A stretch of DNA of 64,000 bases from Spirochaetia bacterium (lineage in GTDB: Bacteria > Spirochaetota > Leptospiria > Turneriellales > JAOUOS01): contig JAOUOS010000009.1 in NCBI GenBank assembly GCA_029880285.1, positions 871 to 64,870 of the forward strand. The letters are read 5' to 3'. A model generated the notes under the pieces. The model was not told where the DNA came from. It saw nothing but the letters and a program-made list of their open reading frames with translations, and did not search any database. Numbering within the stretch: position 1 is the stretch's first letter; every line of letters starts with the position of its first letter. Shown in pieces: positions 47,888 to 58,559 of this stretch. The position numbers and the translations under genes are program-made.

Positions 47888-48086
47888 TTTAGTAATTTTA
47901 TTTACAATATAAATTAAAACCTTTTTAAATAATAACACTATTGATTAATTTTAAGACACGCCGTCAACCTTAAACATAAACTTAAATGTGGGTCCTTCTA
48001 GCATAAAAAGAATATTAAATTATTAAAAATTGCTTTTCAACCTGTCTTTGAATAAAAAAATGTCTAAATATTCGAGGAGAATTCAT

Positions 48087-48680
48087 ATGAAAACATCAAT
48101 GCTTGAAAAACTTAATTTACTGCAGGTTACACGGCCGCTAAGTTTTAGTGTAGGAGATACAGTTAAGGTTCAGTATAAAATTATTGAAGGAACAAAGCAA
48201 AGAATTCAGGCCTACGAGGGCGTTGTAATAGCAATAAAAAACGGTGGTTCGGGAAAAACATTTACTGTAAGAAGAATAAGTTTTGATGTAGGCGTAGAGA
48301 GAATTTTTCTTCTTAATTCACCGTCTATTCATAAAATTGAAGTTGTAAAAAATTCAAAAGTAAAACAAGCAAAGCTTTATTATTTAAGAGAAAAAATAGG
48401 TAAACAAGGCCGCTTAAAAGAAATAAATAGAAAACCTCAAGAAGATACAGTTTATAAGCAGGCAGAAGAACTTAGAAACAGCGAGTCTGCAAAAACAAAA
48501 AAAGAAGATGAGAAATTAGAAGAACTTAAAGATACTACAGCGGCTACTGTTGAAGACGGTACACTAAAAGCCGATAAACAAGAAAAGCAGCCCGAAAATA
48601 CAGCAGAAGAAAACCAAGAGCAGGCTGTCGAAAAAACGGCTGAAACATCAACAGCAGAACCAAAAGAAGAAAAAAAATAA
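48087..48680 (+). CDS. rplS: 50S ribosomal protein L19 with long acidic C-terminal tail
   Basis: [48 protein letters not shown] before the ATG at 48087. Confidence 0.96.
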   Translation: MKTSMLEKLNLLQVTRPLSFSVGDTVKVQYKIIEGTKQRIQAYEGVVIAIKNGGSGKTFTVRRISFDVGVERIFLLNSPSIHKIEVVKNSKVKQAKLYYLREKIGKQGRLKEINRKPQEDTVYKQAEELRNSESAKTKKEDEKLEELKDTTAATVEDGTLKADKQEKQPENTAEENQEQAVEKTAETSTAEPKEEKK

Positions 48681-48698
48681 ATTAAAAACCGGCTTTCT

Positions 48699-49403
48699 GT
48701 GTTTGAACCATGGGAAGAACATTTCTCAAAAAAATATTTCACGAATAAAAAAAACTGTGATAATAGTTATTTAGTTTCTATAGATGAAGCAGGAAGAGGC
48801 TCTCTGTTTGGACCAGTTACAGTGGGCGGTATTTTAATACCAATTAATGAAATTTATAGCCTCACTAATATAGAATGGTATAATCAAATAAAAGATTCAA
48901 AAAAACTAAACATTTCAATACGTGAAAAATTATACAGCTTAATTAACACTAAGTTTAATTTTGCTTTTTCACATATTTCAGTAAAATTTATTGATACTTA
49001 TAATATCAACAGAGCAATTCAATATGGTATTTATCGTTTAATAAAACAGCTTTCAAGACAGTTAAACACTACGCAAAATAAAGACAAAATTTCTTTTGTT
49101 TTATTAGACGGCAAATATAATTTTTCGTATCCGGCAGTGGGGATGTCTGATCCCATGCCTGTAATATTTGACTTAGTAAACGGCGATAACCTGTCTTTTT
49201 CTATCGCGTGCGCATCAATTATAGCAAAAGTAACTCGTGATAAACTAATGCTAAAAGCTGCAAAACGTTTTCCTGATTATGATCTTCATAAAAACATGGG
49301 TTATGGGACATTAAGCCATAGAACTGCGATAAAAAAACTAGGCTGTACCACATTTCATAGAAAAACTTTCATAAAAAAGATAGTCAAATCAGACAATTTG
49401 TAA
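48699..49403 (+). CDS. rnhB: Ribonuclease HII
   Basis: IDEAGRG, DSKKL, IACASIIAKVTRD, GYGT..H, HRKTF. Confidence 0.95.
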   Translation: MFEPWEEHFSKKYFTNKKNCDNSYLVSIDEAGRGSLFGPVTVGGILIPINEIYSLTNIEWYNQIKDSKKLNISIREKLYSLINTKFNFAFSHISVKFIDTYNINRAIQYGIYRLIKQLSRQLNTTQNKDKISFVLLDGKYNFSYPAVGMSDPMPVIFDLVNGDNLSFSIACASIIAKVTRDKLMLKAAKRFPDYDLHKNMGYGTLSHRTAIKKLGCTTFHRKTFIKKIVKSDNL

Positions 49404-49413
49404 ATTTTGACTT

Positions 49414-50799
49414 ATGCTAGAAAGCTCTCATCAGTATTATTTAATTACTGAAGAAAACCAGCAGCGTATCGTTTCATTAATTAAGCGTCTTATCGGGCGA
49501 AAGCGGGAATCTTGGCTTAAAAAAATACTTTCTCAAATTCATTCTACCGCTATGGCCAATTTATGGCATTTTTTCAACAAGACAGAAAAACAACTTATAA
49601 TTAGTCTTTTACCTTCAGATATAAACGCAGATCTTTTGGCTGAACTTGATGAAGCAGAAAGAACAGAAATTTTAAAGTCAAAAAATACTGAATGGATTGT
49701 TGATAAATTAAAATCTCTTGAACCTGATGATACTGTTGATATTTTAAAAGGACTTGAGAAATGGGAAGCCAACTCAATAATTAAAAAATTCGACAAAACA
49801 TACTCTCAAAAAATTAAAGAATTAATGAAATATCCCGAAGAAACAGCGGGAGCCTTAATGACTTCTGACTTTATGGCTGTTATTGAAACGGCTACGGTCG
49901 AAAAGATAATTAGTCAATTTCGTAAAGTAGTTGAAAAAGATGAATTAGAAGATCTGCATTTAATTTTTGTGGTAAATAAGCAAAATCAATTTCTAGGATA
50001 TATTCCTCTTAGAAAACTTATTCTTGAAAAAAAAAACAAAAAAGCAAACGAAATAATGAGTCCGCCTTTGGTTACTGTTCAGCCAGGGTTAGACCAAGAA
50101 GAAACGGCCAGAATTATTCAAAATTATGACATAGTCAGCCTTCCCGTGGTAGACGATAGAAACGTTTTACTAGGCAGAATTACAATTGACGATATTGTCG
50201 ATGTTCTTGAAAAAGAAGCCTCTGAAGATGTTTATAAAATGGTTGGTTTAAATAAAAATGAAAAAATCTCAAATACATTAAGCACATCACTAAAACATAG
50301 AATACCATGGCTATTTGTAAATTTATTTACAACCAGCTTAGCCGCTATAATAGTGGGTTTTTTTCATGGAACTTTGCAAAAATTTATTATACTTGCTTCG
50401 TTTATGCCTATTGTCGCGGCACTGGGCGGGGCCACAGGAAATCAAATGGTGGCCATGATAGTACGGGGTCTGGCAACCGGCGATCTAAACTGGAAAAAAG
50501 CAAAATGGGTATTATTTAGAGAAATTAATTCTGTGATTATTGGTTCTTTAATTATAGGAAGTTTAATTGGCTTTACAGCATATAAAATTGAAAATTCTTA
50601 TATTTTAGGAGTTATTGTCGCTAGTGCGCTTTTACTAAATATGATTTTTGCCACAATTACCGGCATTGCTATCCCTTTTTTATTAAAATTCGCGAGACAA
50701 GATCCCGCTTGGGGCTCATCTGTACTGGTTTCTGCTTTAACAGATGCTATGGGATTTCTTATTTTTTTAGGTATGGCCGCCAGCCTTTTAGGGAAGTAA
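49414..50799 (+). CDS. mgtE: Magnesium transporter MgtE
   Basis: YPEETAGALMT, CBS pair, GRITIDD, RIPWL, GGATGNQ, DPA. Confidence 0.95.
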   Translation: MLESSHQYYLITEENQQRIVSLIKRLIGRKRESWLKKILSQIHSTAMANLWHFFNKTEKQLIISLLPSDINADLLAELDEAERTEILKSKNTEWIVDKLKSLEPDDTVDILKGLEKWEANSIIKKFDKTYSQKIKELMKYPEETAGALMTSDFMAVIETATVEKIISQFRKVVEKDELEDLHLIFVVNKQNQFLGYIPLRKLILEKKNKKANEIMSPPLVTVQPGLDQEETARIIQNYDIVSLPVVDDRNVLLGRITIDDIVDVLEKEASEDVYKMVGLNKNEKISNTLSTSLKHRIPWLFVNLFTTSLAAIIVGFFHGTLQKFIILASFMPIVAALGGATGNQMVAMIVRGLATGDLNWKKAKWVLFREINSVIIGSLIIGSLIGFTAYKIENSYILGVIVASALLLNMIFATITGIAIPFLLKFARQDPAWGSSVLVSALTDAMGFLIFLGMAASLLGK

Positions 50800-50803
50800 A
50801 AAC

Positions 50804-51568
50804 ATGAGTGTTCTAAATGAAATTATAAATGAAAGAAAAAAAGATTTAGCGGCAGCCCGTATTCTTACAAAAAAACCTACTGAACCTACAAATAAAAACT
50901 TTATAGAAGCGTTACAACGAAAAAACAAAATACCAGCTCTCATCGCAGAGCTAAAAAGAAAAAGTCCATCAAAAGGAGATATTAGGCCTGAGATAACAGT
51001 TGAAGAAGCCGTTAAAATATATGAACCTTATGCGGCAGCTTTATCTATTTTAACTGAACCACGGTATTTTGGGGGTTCACTGAACGATTTGGCTCTAGCT
51101 GCCGCTTTTACAAAAAAACCTCTTCTTAGAAAAGATTTTCTTATTGATCCGGTTCAGGTAAAAGAAAGCCGTTTATTTGGAGCAGACGCTTATCTATTAA
51201 TAGCGGCCGCACTTTCAGATTCTCAACTTCAAGAAATGATTGAAGCAGGCAAAGATTTTAATATGCCTGCTCTTGTAGAAGTACACAATGAAGAAGAAAC
51301 TGAAAGAGCATTAAACCAAAACATTAAAATTTTAGGTATAAATAATCGAAATTTATCTGATCTATCTATTGATTTAAACAACACGGCGAATATATTAAAA
51401 ATTATTCCTAAAGAAAAACTAAATAATTTAATTATTGTCTCTGAATCGGGTTTTCAAAACAAAGAGCAATTAGAAAATTTACCGAGCGATGTAAACGCCG
51501 TTCTTATGGGTACCGCATTTATGCAGGCAGAGAACCCTCAGGATCTAATATCTTCCATTTTCAGTTAA
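50804..51568 (+). CDS. trpC: Indole-3-glycerol phosphate synthase
   Basis: IAELKRKSPSKG, SILTEPRYFGGS, LRKDF, EVH, GINNRNL, VSESG. Confidence 0.97.
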   Translation: MSVLNEIINERKKDLAAARILTKKPTEPTNKNFIEALQRKNKIPALIAELKRKSPSKGDIRPEITVEEAVKIYEPYAAALSILTEPRYFGGSLNDLALAAAFTKKPLLRKDFLIDPVQVKESRLFGADAYLLIAAALSDSQLQEMIEAGKDFNMPALVEVHNEEETERALNQNIKILGINNRNLSDLSIDLNNTANILKIIPKEKLNNLIIVSESGFQNKEQLENLPSDVNAVLMGTAFMQAENPQDLISSIFS

Positions 51569-51572
51569 TTTT

Positions 51573-53012
51573 ATGCTCTTCAATAAAAGCATAAAAAAAA
51601 AATATTTAGATAACTTTATTTACGCTATGGCGTCATTGGTACTTATATTTTTTTCTTTTTATTTTTGGAAAGATACCGCTAATTCATGGGAAGATAACTT
51701 TTATTTTTATTGGGCAGAAAGTAAAATTTCATTAGAAAGCGCTTTATTTTATTTTTTTAAGGAACCTATGTTCCTAAACATGAACCTAAGCCTGCTGCAC
51801 CCTCTTTTTATTGGCGCTTCAATTTTCTATAAACTATTCTCATATAAAGTGTTTATATATTTTGTTATCATATTTATTTTTATAATCTTGTTACAATGCG
51901 CAGATATAATAAAAAAATACATTCCTTTTGAATTTTTTTTATTATCTATACCTTTTTTGTTTCAAAAAGGAAGCGAGCTTTTAATTATTTGGGCCGGTAT
52001 TTTTCTTTATCTTTTTATAACCCAAAACCCTAATTTAAATACATTTTTACAAAAAAAAAAATTCTTTCTGCTGTATGTTTTTTTAATTCTTTTGTTTTCT
52101 TTGTTTTACATGCCCTTAATAGGTTTTCTTTTTATTTTTGAGATAAAACAAAATAAAAATACTAAAAGAATAATTCAACTATTTTCAACTGCTCTTTTCT
52201 TTCTTATAATATCGCATTATTTTTTCGCGAAATTTTTATTCTTCAAATATGACAATTTTTATGTATATCTAAAAACTTTTCTTACTGCATACTACCAAAA
52301 AGATGCTGTTTTTAAGAATGATATTTTCTCAAAAGAAATTTATTTTAATTATCAGTATATTTTATTTTTAGTTTTCACGTTAATTATTTATATCTACACA
52401 ACAATTTTTAAGGTAGAAAAAAAAAATATATTCTTTCTGCTTTCTATAGAACTTATACCAGCTCTTATAGCGTTAATAATAACAAAAGCTCAATCAGGTT
52501 TATTTTTTTATCTTTTAGCTTTCTCTTTTATTCCCAAAAGTGTTTTAAATATAAAGCAAAAAATATTTACTCTCAGCATAAGCGCTTTGTTTGTACTATA
52601 TTCTTTAAGTAAAACAGAAAATATAAACTATATACATACAAATATTAAAAATCCTATTGTTTCTCTTCAAGACTTAAAGTATTTCAAATTTAAAAATGAA
52701 GCTCCTCTTATAAATATTTTAGATATTCATATTATTTCTCAAGATATAACAAAAATTTTTTTGATGCAGCCAGAAAACTCAGCGGATAATTATTTTTTTT
52801 CAAAACAAACTCTTGATTTTCTAAAAACAGAAGAAGATTATGCTTATAATATATTTAATAAATTAAAAAAAGAAAGCACCATTTCATTTCTTTTAAAAAC
52901 TAAAATTCATCCAAAAGATGAGCTAAAACCTTATAGAAGAGTTAGAAAATGGCATGAAAAATTAAAAGAAGACGGCAAAGAAGATAAAGCTGTTTTTTTT
53001 ATTTTAAAATAA
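51573..53012 (+). CDS. Hypothetical polytopic membrane protein
   Basis: Long Phe/Ile/Leu-rich ORF with many TM segments. Confidence 0.7.
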   Translation: MLFNKSIKKKYLDNFIYAMASLVLIFFSFYFWKDTANSWEDNFYFYWAESKISLESALFYFFKEPMFLNMNLSLLHPLFIGASIFYKLFSYKVFIYFVIIFIFIILLQCADIIKKYIPFEFFLLSIPFLFQKGSELLIIWAGIFLYLFITQNPNLNTFLQKKKFFLLYVFLILLFSLFYMPLIGFLFIFEIKQNKNTKRIIQLFSTALFFLIISHYFFAKFLFFKYDNFYVYLKTFLTAYYQKDAVFKNDIFSKEIYFNYQYILFLVFTLIIYIYTTIFKVEKKNIFFLLSIELIPALIALIITKAQSGLFFYLLAFSFIPKSVLNIKQKIFTLSISALFVLYSLSKTENINYIHTNIKNPIVSLQDLKYFKFKNEAPLINILDIHIISQDITKIFLMQPENSADNYFFSKQTLDFLKTEEDYAYNIFNKLKKESTISFLLKTKIHPKDELKPYRRVRKWHEKLKEDGKEDKAVFFILK

Positions 53013-53021
53013 AACCTAAAT

Positions 53022-53786
53022 TTATTTTGAACATTCTTTTTTAGCTACAAGTGTCACACAGTTAATTTCATTATCTCTTTCAATATTCAGGCTGTCAAAA
53101 AGCTTGTTCATTACTTTAACACCTCTCATTAACGATGATTTTTCAGAGAATTTTTCTTCTATACTTTTTTCATCGTAAACAATTTGATAAGTACTATTCA
53201 CCATTTTAATTTTATAATTAGAACCATTAAACGACTGCTCAGCGGCTATTGTGTATAAATCTGAATATTTTACCGCATTTTCAGCAGCTTCTATAACACT
53301 AATTATAATTTCATCTATATTTTTTTTATTTATATTAAACTGCTGGCAAAAATTTTTCACACGAGATCTCGCATATTGAAGAGGATTAAGGTTTAAATTG
53401 TTCCCTAAAAAGAAAACATCATGATTGTTTCTAAAAAAAATTATTTTTGATTTATCTTTTAAAGAATATTCATTATATAATGTATTTTCTAATACAATTT
53501 CTTTTTCTTCTAATATTTTTAACTCTTTTATAATATCTTTTTCATCCGCGTCTTCTAACATTAATAATGAATCCGTTGAAAAGTTTTTTACAGATTTCAT
53601 AAATTCTGAGTGAAATCCCTCTATTTTTTCTGAAAGACCTTCTCTTATTATCTGTAGACACATTTTACCCCAGTCTTTGATCATTGCGGGAGTACCTTCA
53701 ACACCGTGTGTTAAAAGGTTTATAATTGCTTCAGATAATTGTTTTTTCATATATTTTAATATACAATAAATACTTGAATTTTTCAA
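53022..53786 (-). CDS. ATP-binding protein with C-terminal anti-sigma-factor-like HATPase domain
   Basis: IIISVIEAAENAVKYS N-box, SLMRGVKVMNKLFD. Confidence 0.72.
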   Translation of the reverse strand: MKNSSIYCILKYMKKQLSEAIINLLTHGVEGTPAMIKDWGKMCLQIIREGLSEKIEGFHSEFMKSVKNFSTDSLLMLEDADEKDIIKELKILEEKEIVLENTLYNEYSLKDKSKIIFFRNNHDVFFLGNNLNLNPLQYARSRVKNFCQQFNINKKNIDEIIISVIEAAENAVKYSDLYTIAAEQSFNGSNYKIKMVNSTYQIVYDEKSIEEKFSEKSSLMRGVKVMNKLFDSLNIERDNEINCVTLVAKKECSK

Positions 53787-54616
53787 AAATCTATTTCAGG
53801 GCTTGAAGCCGTAGCGTATAGTTTTTGAGGAATTCTGCCTCCTATGTATGATAACCTCCCTGCAATCCATCCAAATCTCATTGCTTTTGCCATTGCTTCT
53901 GGATTTTGTGCTTTAGCAACTGCTGTGTTTAAAAGTATCGCACTAGCTCCTGCTTCCATTGCCAACGCCGCGTCAGCAGGAGAGCCAATACCCGCATCAA
54001 GAACTATAGGAACTTTACCTTTTATGATGTCAATTATCATTTTTAAATTTTGGGGATTCTGTATTCCGCGCCCGCTGCCAATAGGACTGCCTGCCGGCAT
54101 AATACAATCTGCGCCTGCATTTAATAACTTAAGCGCCATAATAGGATCATCATTTGTATAAACCATTAAAAAAAGTTTTTCAGATGTAAATTCTTTTCTT
54201 AATATTTCAACTGTCTTTAATGTTTCAATGGGATCAGGTAAAAGTGTTTTTGTGTCTCCCATAACTTCTATTTTTAAATATCGCATACCCATCGCTACAG
54301 CCATTTTAGCCAGCCGGTACGCTTCTTTCGCACTGAATGTTCCCGATGTATTTGGTAGTAAAGTTATTTTTTGGGTATCTATATAATCTATTATCGATTT
54401 CAATTTATTATTTTTCCCATTCAAACCTAGGGGCACTCGCCTTAGGGCCACAGTTACCATTTCTGTACCTGAGGTTTCATGACATTTTTTCATGATATTA
54501 AAATCAGCATATTTTCCCGTACCAATAATTAAGCGCGAGAAGAATTTTTTTTCGCCTAAGATTAAAGGATCATGCTTAAAAATATCTTTTTCGAGATTAA
54601 AATCATTATGACTCAT
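53783..54616 (-). CDS. thiG: Thiazole synthase
   Basis: SRLIIGTGKY, LLPNTSG, KIEV, MPAGSPIGSGRG, DAGIG, ATASSP. Confidence 0.97.
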   Translation of the reverse strand: MSHNDFNLEKDIFKHDPLILGEKKFFSRLIIGTGKYADFNIMKKCHETSGTEMVTVALRRVPLGLNGKNNKLKSIIDYIDTQKITLLPNTSGTFSAKEAYRLAKMAVAMGMRYLKIEVMGDTKTLLPDPIETLKTVEILRKEFTSEKLFLMVYTNDDPIMALKLLNAGADCIMPAGSPIGSGRGIQNPQNLKMIIDIIKGKVPIVLDAGIGSPADAALAMEAGASAILLNTAVAKAQNPEAMAKAMRFGWIAGRLSYIGGRIPQKLYATASSPEIDF

Positions 54617-54675
54617 ATAACAAGGCTTATCTTTATTATTAAACCGTCAAGACAGAAGCTATTTTTAAATATTTC

Positions 54676-55620
54676 CTATATAATAGCTTTTTTAATAGAC
54701 TCTACAATTTCACTAAGAGCGTCTTTTTTATTAATTTGTTTAATTCTTGAATCATTTCTAAACCATGTCATCTGTCTTTTTGCGAAACGTCTCGTGCTTA
54801 TAGAGATAATATCAATTAAATTAGCAATTACTTCGGGCAATATTTTTGTAACCGATGAAGGTTTGGGATTTAAATTTTCATAAAACCGAAGAATTTCTCG
54901 ATAACCTATAGTGCGAAGACCGGGATCTACAGAGGTATATTTTTTTTCAAGCAATGAGTCAATTTCATTTAATAAACCATTATTAAACATCTCTTTAACT
55001 CTTTTATCTATTTTTGAATAAAGTTCTTCTCTTGGCAAGTCTATCCACCAACCTGAAAAATTATAGGTATTATAAATACCGCCCTGACGAATATGCGTTG
55101 AAAACGGCTGCTCTGAAGCCATTGTAACCAAAAGAGCTCTTTTTATGCGATACACATCATTTTTACCAATGTTTTCTGCCGAGATAGGATCCAGCTTTGA
55201 CAACTCTTCCCATGCCTCTCTATACGTCATATTTTCAACTTCGTTCTTTAAAATAACGGGAACTTCGGGTTCTTTTAAGAGACCATCCCATAGTGAACGA
55301 ATATAAAAAAAAGTACCGCCTACCACAATGGGTATTTTATTTTTTTCATGAATTTCTTGTATAAGCTTTAACGCCTCTTTAGCGAATTGTCCGGCAGAAA
55401 ACTGCTTTTTCAAAGATAGAAATTCCAGCAAATGATGGGGAAATTTATTTCTAACTTCATCAGAAGGAAGAGCAGTTCCTATTTTAATTTCTTTATACAC
55501 CTGCCTAGAATCGGCGCTTATAATTTCTATAGGTAAATCTGCCGGTAAATTTTCTATAATTTCGGTTTTGCCTACACCAGTAGGACCTGTTATTACAAAA
55601 ACTGGTTTTTTCTCACTCAT
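54676..55620 (-). CDS. miaA: tRNA dimethylallyltransferase
   Basis: GPTGVGKT, ISADSRQVY, VGGTFFY, TRRFAKRQMTWF. Confidence 0.97.
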   Translation of the reverse strand: MSEKKPVFVITGPTGVGKTEIIENLPADLPIEIISADSRQVYKEIKIGTALPSDEVRNKFPHHLLEFLSLKKQFSAGQFAKEALKLIQEIHEKNKIPIVVGGTFFYIRSLWDGLLKEPEVPVILKNEVENMTYREAWEELSKLDPISAENIGKNDVYRIKRALLVTMASEQPFSTHIRQGGIYNTYNFSGWWIDLPREELYSKIDKRVKEMFNNGLLNEIDSLLEKKYTSVDPGLRTIGYREILRFYENLNPKPSSVTKILPEVIANLIDIISISTRRFAKRQMTWFRNDSRIKQINKKDALSEIVESIKKAII

Positions 55621-55621
55621 C

Positions 55622-56176
55622 TTAGTCTAAAACGTGATCGGATATTATGCCGTCAAGTTCTTCCGTTGTTTCTTTTAATTTATCATTTATTAATATATGG
55701 TCAAATTTTTTTGCTGTTTTTATTTCAACTTCTGCTAAAATTAACCTTTTTTTTATTTCATCTTCTGATTCGCTGCCTCTTTCTTTTAACCTTCTTTCTA
55801 ATTCTTTTAAACTTGGCGGTTTTATAAAAATAATAACACTTTCGGGATTTGTTTTTTTTACCTGAAAAGCTCCCTGAACATCTAAATCTAATATTGCATT
55901 TTTATTTTTAGAAAAAATTCTCTCTATTTCTTTTTTTGATGTGCCATAATAATTATCTAAAACCTTCGCCCATTCAAGAAATTCATTTTTACTTATCATA
56001 TTATTAAATTTATCTTTACTTAGATAATAGTAATTAACCGCTTCTTTTTCTCCTTTTCTTATCGCTCTTGTAGTGGTAGAAATACTATGAATTAAATCGT
56101 TCCTTCGCTCTAATAATCTATTTATTATTGTATTTTTTCCTGTACCTGAAGGCGCTGATATTACAAATATTTTCAT
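55622..56176 (-). CDS. gmk: Guanylate kinase
   Basis: SAPSGTGK, STTTRA.RKGE, NYYGT, DLDVQGA. Confidence 0.97.
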   Translation of the reverse strand: MKIFVISAPSGTGKNTIINRLLERRNDLIHSISTTTRAIRKGEKEAVNYYYLSKDKFNNMISKNEFLEWAKVLDNYYGTSKKEIERIFSKNKNAILDLDVQGAFQVKKTNPESVIIFIKPPSLKELERRLKERGSESEDEIKKRLILAEVEIKTAKKFDHILINDKLKETTEELDGIISDHVLD

Positions 56177-56319
56177 TTTAATCTTTTTTATTCTATCGAT
56201 ATAGTTTTATATTTTCACATAAATTATATTTTTTAAACATTTTCAAATATTATATTAATTTATTGACGGTTCAACTATTTTTTACTATATCTATACAAAA
56301 ATGTGTGTGCGAGGCATAA

Positions 56320-57180
56320 GTGGCTACAATCGAAAGAAGGAAAATTTTTATAAAACTTCGTGAAGCGCAAGAACTTTTTCACGATGAAGATTATACGAGA
56401 GCATTTAATTTATTAACCAGCCTAGAAAAAAATTCATCTAATGAGCATTTAAAATCAAAAATCTCTCAGATGAAAATACAATGCTTGATGCAAGTTGGCA
56501 ATGTTAATTCAGCAAAAAATTATATTGAAGACATTCTAGACGAATCTCCATTGAGCGGTAAAATAAATTTTATAGCCGCAAATTTTTATAAAGATATCGG
56601 ATACAATGAAAAAGCAAATAGACTTTATCTTAGAAGTGTTTGCTTATATCCTGAAAATATTCAATACGCCCTTACTTACTCAAGACTACTGCGGGATAAC
56701 CATCGCGGTAAAGAGGCGCTTGGCATTCTTATGAAAACTCTAAGAAAAGTAAGAAAATTTAAAAGAACAGATGATATGGCATTATATTTTTTATATACAG
56801 AACTCGCTAACGCATATTATTACAGTGGCTATTATAAAAGAGCTCTTGTTATATTTCATCATACCGAAAAATTACAAAAAGATTTTCCTTATCATGATTT
56901 AATTGCCGAATGTTATTTATTTAATAAAGAATATGAAAAAGCTTTATCAAATATAAATAAACATTTTTTACAATGGGGTAATACAGATCCCGAAGCAACA
57001 TTTATAAAAGCAAAAGCATTGGCAGGCCTTGGCAAAAATAATGAAGCAATTATTGAAATTTCTAAGTGCATAAAACTTTGGGGAGAAATTGTAATAACCG
57101 CAAAAGATATGACTCACCTCTTTCCGCTTATGCAGGATGGATCGTTAAAAAAAATACCAAATATAATTTTTAACTTGTAA
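56320..57180 (+). CDS. TPR-repeat protein
   Basis: Repeated helical TPR-like motifs. Confidence 0.75.
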   Translation: MATIERRKIFIKLREAQELFHDEDYTRAFNLLTSLEKNSSNEHLKSKISQMKIQCLMQVGNVNSAKNYIEDILDESPLSGKINFIAANFYKDIGYNEKANRLYLRSVCLYPENIQYALTYSRLLRDNHRGKEALGILMKTLRKVRKFKRTDDMALYFLYTELANAYYYSGYYKRALVIFHHTEKLQKDFPYHDLIAECYLFNKEYEKALSNINKHFLQWGNTDPEATFIKAKALAGLGKNNEAIIEISKCIKLWGEIVITAKDMTHLFPLMQDGSLKKIPNIIFNL

Positions 57181-57209
57181 AAATATCAAATAAAAAAAAA
57201 TAATTAAAA

Positions 57210-58460
57210 ATGAGTATAGAAAAAAATAAAATATTAATAGCAGAAGATGACCCTGTATCTCTGAAAATTGTCTCAAATTACTTATCTAAAAATGGCTACA
57301 TACCGGTATCGGCAAAAGACGGAGCAGAAGCATTAGAAAAGTTAAAAGAAACAAACTTTCTAATAGCTATAGTTGACTTGAATATGCCAAAACTAGACGG
57401 GTTCAGTCTTATAAAAGAAATGAAAAAATTAGGTAATGAGCCTATAGTTATAGTTCAAACCGCAGATAGAGATGTTAAAACAATTGTTAATCTTATGAAA
57501 CAGGGTATCTTCGACTATCTTGCCAAACCAGTAAATGAAGATGAATTAATAATAAAAGTAGCAAAAGCTTTTGAACTGGCCTCTTTAAGAAAAATGGAAA
57601 AGGCTGTAGAAAAAGAGCAGGATATGAGACTTGCGCGCCAGCTTGACTGGAACCTTTTAAGAAAAGAAATCTCAGGGAAAAAAGGATTTGATAAATATGA
57701 TAAAAATCTTTTTGCGAGCTTAAAAACCAGCTTTACTCAAGGCGCCGGCATTGGTACTTTAATTTCACTACTATCTTTACTAACTCAACAGGCAAAAAAA
57801 GAAGATGATAAATATATTGTTCCCGCGGGAATTATGGAATTGGTAGTTTCTAATACTCAAATGGCCGAGAAAGCCTTAAAAGTAATAAGTGAAATTGACG
57901 AACTTATTCAAAAAGATTTCAGATTGGTACCTGTAAGTCTTCTTGATCTTTATGAACTTATAAAACAAGAAATTAAAGACCTTGATAAATTAAGAAAAAT
58001 AAAAAATCAAACAATAAAAATTAGTGATCCTAACTTTCCTTTGCAGGGCAAAAGAATATCTGTTAATAAAGAACAAATGCGAAAAGTAATAAGAGAAATG
58101 CTTTTAAACGCGTTTAGGTTTTCAGAACCTGAAAGTTCTATAACCATCCTTTTGTCTGCTGCCAGAAATTTATTTACAATTTCAGTCTTAAGCACACCCC
58201 TAAAAGGCATAGCTGAAGGCGAAGGCATTCCTGCCGGTTATGAAAGAGTTATTTTTGAACCATTCTTTCGTTTAACAAAACATTTAGACGAAAGATTCGA
58301 AACACTTGATTACGGCTTGGGATTAACCATGGCAAATAAAGTTATACAAAAACATAAAGGTAAAATAAATGTAAGTACTTTAAAAGATTATATGGATCTT
58401 GACCAAAAAAGAAAAGTCATGGTTAACTTTGAAATTGAAATACCTTTAACAAGCGAATAA
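57210..58460 (+). CDS. Response-regulator receiver fused to a histidine-kinase-like ATPase domain
   Basis: REC (AEDD, VDLNMP, DYLAKP), N-box EMLLNAFRFS, FEPFFR, GLGLT. Confidence 0.88.
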   Translation: MSIEKNKILIAEDDPVSLKIVSNYLSKNGYIPVSAKDGAEALEKLKETNFLIAIVDLNMPKLDGFSLIKEMKKLGNEPIVIVQTADRDVKTIVNLMKQGIFDYLAKPVNEDELIIKVAKAFELASLRKMEKAVEKEQDMRLARQLDWNLLRKEISGKKGFDKYDKNLFASLKTSFTQGAGIGTLISLLSLLTQQAKKEDDKYIVPAGIMELVVSNTQMAEKALKVISEIDELIQKDFRLVPVSLLDLYELIKQEIKDLDKLRKIKNQTIKISDPNFPLQGKRISVNKEQMRKVIREMLLNAFRFSEPESSITILLSAARNLFTISVLSTPLKGIAEGEGIPAGYERVIFEPFFRLTKHLDERFETLDYGLGLTMANKVIQKHKGKINVSTLKDYMDLDQKRKVMVNFEIEIPLTSE

Positions 58461-58559
58461 TTTAACTAAATTTCTAAACTACCCTCAAAATAACCTATAT
58501 TTTAATACATTCTATCTGCTATTTGCTCGACACTGCTGCTTAAAAACAATTTTTGACTT

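Noticed and set aside
53783-54616. thiG without adjacent thiS/thiH/thiO or a TPP riboswitch
   Set aside because: Scattered thiamine genes are common and the 59-bp upstream gap has no riboswitch
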